Under the pieces are notes generated by a model, which saw only the letters and a list, made by a program, of their open reading frames with translations, was not told the origin of the DNA and ran no database searches. Shown piece by piece: positions 58,651 through 64,000 of a stretch of 64,000 bases of DNA. Made by a program: the position numbers and the translations under genes. Location of the stretch: NCBI GenBank assembly GCA_963734595.1, contig CAVTHV010000016.1, positions 152,250 through 216,249 on the forward strand, read 5' to 3'. Every line of letters begins with the position of its first letter. The first letter of the stretch is position 1. The DNA is from an uncultured beta proteobacterium. Lineage in GTDB: Bacteria > Pseudomonadota > Gammaproteobacteria > Burkholderiales > SG8-41.

Positions 58651-58789
58651 AATAGCCACAGAGATCACAGATGAAAAACCTTACCCTGCCAACAATACAT
58701 GCCCGTGAACGTGGCTTTTCTCTGTAATCTCTGTGCACATCTGCGGCTGAAGCTTCAGGTTCTGATTTATCTGCGTTCATCGGTGGCTA
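58651..58789. repeat. Inverted 9-mer cassette, CACAGAG/CGCAGAT family (copy 2)
   Basis: AATAGCCACAGAG-ATCACAGAT ... CTCTGTAAT-CTCTGTGCA-CATCTGCGGCT ... ATCTGCGTT-CATCGGTGGCTA; terminal TAGCCAC/GTGGCTA. Confidence 0.82.
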
Positions 58790-58798
58790 CGTCAGATT

Positions 58799-60142
58799 CT
58801 AATCTCCCGCGATCGTCATGCGCCCGACCAGGATCGACCCGCACTGGCGCGAGCCGCGCCGGTTCACGTCGTTGCCGACGGCGACGATGTCGCGGAACAT
58901 GTCCTTCAGGTTGCCGGCAATGGTGATCTCCTGCACCGGGTAGGCGATCACGCCGTTCTCCACCCAGTAGCCGGCCGCGCCGCGCGAATAATCGCCGGTC
59001 ACCGGGTTGACGCCCTGCCCCATGCAGTTCGGTCACCAGCAGGCCGCTGCCCATTTTCCCGAGCAGCGCGGCAAAATCGTCGCCGGTGTCCTGCAGAATC
59101 AGGTTGTGGTTGCCGCCGGCGTTGCCGGTGGACTTCAGACCCGAGCTTGCGCGCCGAGTAGCTGCCGAGAAAATAGCCCTGCACCACGCCGTCTTTCACG
59201 ACGTCGCGGGCCTGCGTGGCCACGCCTTCGTCGTCGAACGGGCTGCTCGCCAGCGCTTTCCGGATGTGCGGCAGGTCGCTGATGTGCACGAACGGCGCGA
59301 ACACCTGCTGGCCGATGCTGTCGAGCAGGAACGACGACTTGCGGTAGAGGCTGCCGCCGCTCACCGCGGACACGAAATGCCCGAGCAGGCTCGGGGCGAC
59401 CGGCGCCTCGAACAGCACCGGCACCTGGGTGGTCGCGATCTTTTGCGCGCCGAGGCGCTTCAACGCGCGCTCGCCGGCGCGCCTGCCCACGGTTTCCGGC
59501 GCCGCCAGCTCCGCCGGATCGCGGCTGGTTTCGTACCAGTCGTCGCGCTGCATCGCATCGTTCTTGCCCGCGATCACCGAGCACCAGACGCTATGCCGCG
59601 ATGTCGGATAGCCGGCCAGAAAACCCAGCGAGTTGCCGTAGATGAACTGCGATTGCTGGGTCGAGACGGTCGCGCCCTCGGAATTGGCGATGCGCGGATC
59701 GACCGCGAAGCCCGCCGCCTCGCAGGCCTTGCGCCAGCTCGATCGCGCGCTCGACCGGCACGTCCCACGGATGCCACAGGTCGAGGTCGGGAATGTCGCG
59801 CGCGAGCAGGTCGGCATCGGCCAGCCCGGCACAGTCGTCGGACGCCGTAAACCGCGCGATCGACAGCGCGGCATCCACGGTGTCGCGCAGTGCCTGCGGC
59901 GAAAAGTCGGAGGTGCTGGCATGCCCCGTCTTCTTGCCGATGTAGACCGTGACGCCGATGCCCTTGTCGCGGTTGTATTCGATGGTTTCGACCTCGCCGC
60001 AGCGCACGGTCACGGTCTGGCCGAAGCCTTCGCTGACCTCGGTGTCGGCCGCGCTGGCGCCATGCCGTTGCGCGTGATCGAGAATGTCCCGCGCCATCTG
60101 CCTGAGCGTATCGGCGCTGTATGAAAAATGCGTGTCTGCCAT
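58799..60142 (-). CDS. pmbA: Metalloprotease PmbA/TldE (several frameshifts)
   Basis: [62 protein letters not shown]. Confidence 0.93.
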
Positions 60143-60230
60143 GATATGGTGGATTCCGCCGCCGGATGCGGCTCGAGGCTCGAAAAGAGCGTTATCATAA
60201 CAGCTTCATTCGCAATCGATTAATCCATCC

Positions 60231-60737
60231 GTGACCGACGAAATCCAGCCAAGCAAGACGCAGCGCAAGAAGCAGATGGCCGAGCTGCAGGATCTCGGTG
60301 CCGAGCTGGTCGAGCTCTCCGAGCAGCAGCTCGCGCAGATCACGCTGCCCGAATCCCTGCATGATGCGGTCACCGCCGCCCGGCAAACGACCAAATTCGA
60401 GGCCCGCCGCCGGCAGCTGCAGTACATCGGCAAACTGATGCGCACTATCGACCCCGGGCCGATACGCGCTCAGCTCGACATCTGGCAAAACACTTCGCGC
60501 GAGCACACCGCGTGGCTGCACCTCGTCGAGCGCTGGCGCGAGCGCCTGCTTGCTGACGAAGCCGCGCTGCATCAGTTCGTCAGCGAATATCCGCATGCCG
60601 ACATCCAGCAGCTGCGCACGCTGATCCGCAATGCGCTGCGCGAGCGCGAGTTGCACAAGCCGCCCAAGAGCTATCGCGCGCTGTTCCACTCCCTGCGCGA
60701 GCTGATGCGGAAAGAAGCGCGGCCGAGTGACCAGTGA
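60231..60737 (+). CDS. yjgA: Ribosome biogenesis factor YjgA (DarP)
   Basis: SKTQRKKQM..LQ.LG..L, RRRQLQYIGKLMR, ERWRERL, LR.LIRNA. Confidence 0.93.
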   Translation: MTDEIQPSKTQRKKQMAELQDLGAELVELSEQQLAQITLPESLHDAVTAARQTTKFEARRRQLQYIGKLMRTIDPGPIRAQLDIWQNTSREHTAWLHLVERWRERLLADEAALHQFVSEYPHADIQQLRTLIRNALRERELHKPPKSYRALFHSLRELMRKEARPSDQ

Positions 60738-60789
60738 GCGGCTGCGCAATGCTTCACTATTTGCCATTGACCAATTTACCATGCAGCCT

Positions 60790-61378
60790 ATGACTGAAGA
60801 ACTTCTGATCGGCCTGGTCTCCATCAGCGACCGGGCCTCCAAAGGCGTTTACGAAGACCAGGGCATACCCGCGCTCCAGGAATGGTTCGGCAAAGCGCTG
60901 GCCACGCCGTGGCGCATGGAGACGCGCCTCATTCCAGACGAGCAGCCGGTGATCGAAGCGACGCTCAGGGACCTGGTCGACACGGCAGGCTGCCACCTCG
61001 TGCTCACCACCGGCGGCACCGGTCCCGCGCCGCGCGACGTGACGCCCGAAGCCACGCTGGCGGTCGCCGACAAGGTGATGCCGGGCTTCGGCGAGCAGAT
61101 GCGGCAGGTGAGCCTGAAGTTCGTGCCGACCGCGATCCTGTCGCGGCAGGTCGCGGTGATCCGCAAAAATGCGCTGATCATCAACCTGCCGGGACAGCCG
61201 AAGGCGATCAGGGAAACGCTCGAAGGCCTGAAGGACGAAAGCGGCAAGACCGATCGTCAACGGCATCTTCGCCGCGGTGCCCTACTGCATCGACCTGATC
61301 GGCGGGCCGTACATCGAGACGAACGAGGCGGTGGTCAAGGCGTTCCGCCCGAAGTCGGCGATACGGCCGAAAACCTGA
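60790..61378 (+). CDS. mog: Molybdopterin adenylyltransferase (frameshift near 61250)
   Basis: IGLVSISDRAS.GVYED.G, TTGGTGPAPRDVTPEAT, PTAILSRQ, NLPGQPK; GIFAAVPYCIDLIGGPY in a shifted frame. Confidence 0.94.
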
Positions 61379-61593
61379 ATTTAGCCGCCAAGGCCGCCAA
61401 GAACGCCAAGAAGAGCAACAACAAAAATAAAACAAACTATCAAAAACGTCTACGGCACATGCTGCAATGGTGGCATGTGATAATTCGATTCTGTTTGATC
61501 GACCAAGTTTCGCTGTTGAACTTCTTGGCGTTCTTGGCGTCCTTGGCGGCTAATATCTGTTTTTGAATTTCTTGGCGATCTTGGCGGCTAAAT
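61379..61593. repeat. Inverted CGCCAAG-family cassette with duplicated right arm
   Basis: 61381-61413 vs 61521-61553 are 32/33 reverse-complementary; second right arm TTGAATTTCTTGGCGATCTTGGCGGCTAAAT. Confidence 0.93.
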
Positions 61594-61598
61594 AATAA

Positions 61599-62289
61599 AT
61601 GGAAACAACTACTCGAAGCTATCGAAATAGAAACCGGCCGGAACCCGACCGCCAGCGTGATCTGGATGCACGGGCTCGGCGCCGACGGCAACGACTTCGC
61701 GCCGGCCGTGCAGGAATTCGACCTCGCCGACGCGCCGCCCATCCGCTTCATTTTCCCGCACGCGCCGATGCAGCCGGTGACCATCAACAACGGCTACGTG
61801 ATGCGCGCCTGGTACGACGTGAGCTTCGGCGATCTCGAAGGCAAGTCGCGCCAGGCCGACGAGAAGGGCGTGCGCGCCTCGCAGGCCGCGATCGGCAAAC
61901 TGATCGAACGCGAAGCCGCGCGAGGCATTCCATCTAAAAACATCGTATTGGCAGGATTCTCCCAGGGCGGCGCGATGGCGCTGCAGACCGCCTTGCGCTA
62001 TCCGCAACGGCTCGCGGGCGTGATGGCGCTCTCGTGCTACCTGCCGCTCGCCGCGAGCTTCCCGCAGGAAGCGGCGCCCGCCAACGCGAAAATCCCGATT
62101 TTCATGGCGCACGGCACCTACGATCCGGTGGTGCCGTACGCGATGGGCTCGACCTCGCGCGATCTGCTGATGCAAGCGGGCTACGACGTCGAATGGTACG
62201 ACTATCCGATGCAGCACTCGGTGTGCCCGGACGAGATTCAGGATATCAGCATGTGGCTTAACCGCGTGCTGGCTGTGCGGCAAAGCTGA
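61599..62289 (+). CDS. Carboxylesterase/phospholipase (EstB-like; one extra base just after the ATG)
   Basis: IW.HGLGADG.DF, PVTIN.GY.MRAWYD, GFSQGG, HG..DPVV, Y.M.HSV. Confidence 0.9.
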
Positions 62290-62380
62290 ATAACGGGTGT
62301 TGCAGGGAAGTAGTGTTCAGGTGTCCAGCAGCGCGCCCTCATTCACGGGGAGTTATTTTAACCCGCTGTTTTTATTATAT

Positions 62381-62425
62381 TTTTCCTTCGTGTCCTTCGT
62401 TTTTTCTTCGCGTCCTTCGCGTTCA
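62381..62425. repeat. Unpaired right arm of the GACRCGAAG 9-mer family
   Basis: TTTTCCTTCGTGT-CCTTCGTTT...TCTTCGCGT-CCTTCGCGTTCAA; shares TTTTCCTTCGTGTCCTT with 4805-4821. Confidence 0.7.
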
Positions 62426-62444
62426 AGCTTTTGACTTATGGACC

Positions 62445-63986
62445 TCACTCCGCCCGCTGCATCACCTTGAACTTCGCCCAGTCGAAGTCTTCCCCGCCCT
62501 CGACCATTCTCGACGGGATCAGCAGGTAGGTCTTGCCGTTGACCGTCATGTCCAGGCTGTCCTGCGGGTTGAATGCCCCCTCGCGCATCACCACCCCGAT
62601 CTCCCCCGTCCGGTCGGGCGAGGTCGACAGCAGAATCGCCGCTTCGGGCTCGCGCTTCGCGTTGACAGCCGGGAACGCCAGCCGGATCGGAAGCGCAGTC
62701 TTCGACAGCAGCTGGATGCCGACGCGGCGCTGCTGGTACTGATCGCTCGAGACGCGGCGTATCAGTCCTATCCCCCAGTAAAGCGAGGTTTCGGTTTGCA
62801 CGCCGATCAGCCCGCCGACCTTGATCCAGTCGCTTTTCTCCGCCGGGATGATGGCGCCGTAGCCGCCGTCGCTCACGTTCTCGACGATCCAGCTTTCCGC
62901 AGACTGGTCCTGGCTGAAATCCAGGTCGTTGCTGTGGGCGGGATCGAGTATCGCCAGAATTTCCGAAAAACCCGGCACGACGGTGATGCGCGTTGCGATC
63001 TTGCGGCGCTCCGAATCCCGCGCCGGCGGATTGTCCGACCAGTACTGCACGAGGTGCTTCAGGACGCCGACCACGACGTCCTTCCCGTACGTGCCGCCGA
63101 GATGGACGTCCGCGGGAATATAGCCGGTCCCGGCCACCGTCAGCAGCAGCTGCTTGATCTGCACCAGGCCGGCACCGGCGCCGAAATAGCGCCGCGTGTC
63201 CGCGGTTGCGGTGCCCTTGATCAGGCGCGCGGGCGGCTTGGCTTCGGCCAGATCGAAATAATAACTGCACGCGGGCGCCGGGGTTTTTTCGATCTGGAAC
63301 AGATCGGAAAAATGGGCGACCGCGCGCTCGGCGATTTCCTGGCTGAGCGGCGTCAGGCCGTCGGTCGACGACGCCGACAGCATCATCGCTTTCAGAAATT
63401 CCCGCCGGGCCGAACTTTGTCCGTGGGCGCCGGGATAGACCGCGATCAGGCTGTCGGCAAATCCGCCCGCCTCCGCGAGCTGATAGAGGCGCGCAATCTC
63501 GGACCAGATGCGCGGCTCGACCAGGCCGTAACGCAGCAGCGTCCATTTCAACTGCAGCGTCAGCGCGCGCAGACCGCGCGCCACGATGACGGGGAGGCTT
63601 CTGCGGATCGAGGTCGCGCTGCTCGTGCCGCTGTCTCTTTCGTACTGCTCGATGCACTTGAGATAGCCGTCGCCGAGGTTTTTCCAGAAGCCGAACACGC
63701 CTTTCCACAGCTTGTTCTCGCGGAACTTCTGCTGGCGCTCCACCGCGAGATAATCCTGGGACAGCTTGCGCTGGTGATTTTTCGCCGCGGCGTCCAGCAG
63801 GTCGACGTTTTCGAAACGCTGTTCGAGCCTGAAGCCCTCGGTATGGTTCAGCGAATCGAGCCAGTAGACGATTTCATCGAGCGCCTTGGCAGAATCGTTC
63901 GCGGGCAGATCGGCGACGATTTCGCGCGCCTTCCTGATGTCGCCCATCGGGTGATCGACCTTGCCACCCGCTATCCACTTCAGCAT
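62445..63986 (-). CDS. Conserved hypothetical protein with PilZ-like c-di-GMP motifs (FimW-like)
   Basis: Helical N-terminus; RDSER (RxxxR) and NVSDGG (D/NxSxxG) in the C-terminal beta region. Confidence 0.6.
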   Translation of the reverse strand: MLKWIAGGKVDHPMGDIRKAREIVADLPANDSAKALDEIVYWLDSLNHTEGFRLEQRFENVDLLDAAAKNHQRKLSQDYLAVERQQKFRENKLWKGVFGFWKNLGDGYLKCIEQYERDSGTSSATSIRRSLPVIVARGLRALTLQLKWTLLRYGLVEPRIWSEIARLYQLAEAGGFADSLIAVYPGAHGQSSARREFLKAMMLSASSTDGLTPLSQEIAERAVAHFSDLFQIEKTPAPACSYYFDLAEAKPPARLIKGTATADTRRYFGAGAGLVQIKQLLLTVAGTGYIPADVHLGGTYGKDVVVGVLKHLVQYWSDNPPARDSERRKIATRITVVPGFSEILAILDPAHSNDLDFSQDQSAESWIVENVSDGGYGAIIPAEKSDWIKVGGLIGVQTETSLYWGIGLIRRVSSDQYQQRRVGIQLLSKTALPIRLAFPAVNAKREPEAAILLSTSPDRTGEIGVVMREGAFNPQDSLDMTVNGKTYLLIPSRMVEGGEDFDWAKFKVMQRAE

Positions 63987-64000
63987 GTGATTTTTCCCGG

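Overview
High-GC betaproteobacterial chromosome segment made mostly of housekeeping genes: narX-like kinase (partial), hemerythrin, ccoS/ccoI with a canonical FNR promoter, aat-bpt-pyrD-ald-rnfB-like, nth, two c-type cytochromes, SulP, pduO, btuF, aroG, tldD-nit-yhdP, glnE, adenylate cyclase, ilvE, waaF, a ComA-like/tcuAB/aldolase/amidohydrolase islet, pmm/pgm, alaS, recX-recA-cinA-pgpA-thiL, nusB-rib-nrdR-glyA, a TRAP transporter, a DUF2946 (CxxC/RAPP) leader with an outer-membrane protein, pmbA, yjgA, mog, an esterase and a PilZ-motif protein. Many essential genes carry single-base frameshifts, most likely long-read indel errors. No rRNA, tRNA, CRISPR array, transposase or integrase is visible. 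The most unusual signal is non-coding: about 20 intergenic cassettes built as [tandem 7-mer or 8/9-mer repeats]-[unique, often AT-rich spacer]-[same repeats inverted]. They belong to many unit families, share the same polarity, are sometimes nested or copied as compound units, and often overlap stop codons. There is also a zero-spacer version, an in-frame coding copy, dRS3-like palindromes, and a diverged duplicate of the alaS 3' end that looks like an integration scar. All calls come from reading the sequence and ORF track; no database searches were run.
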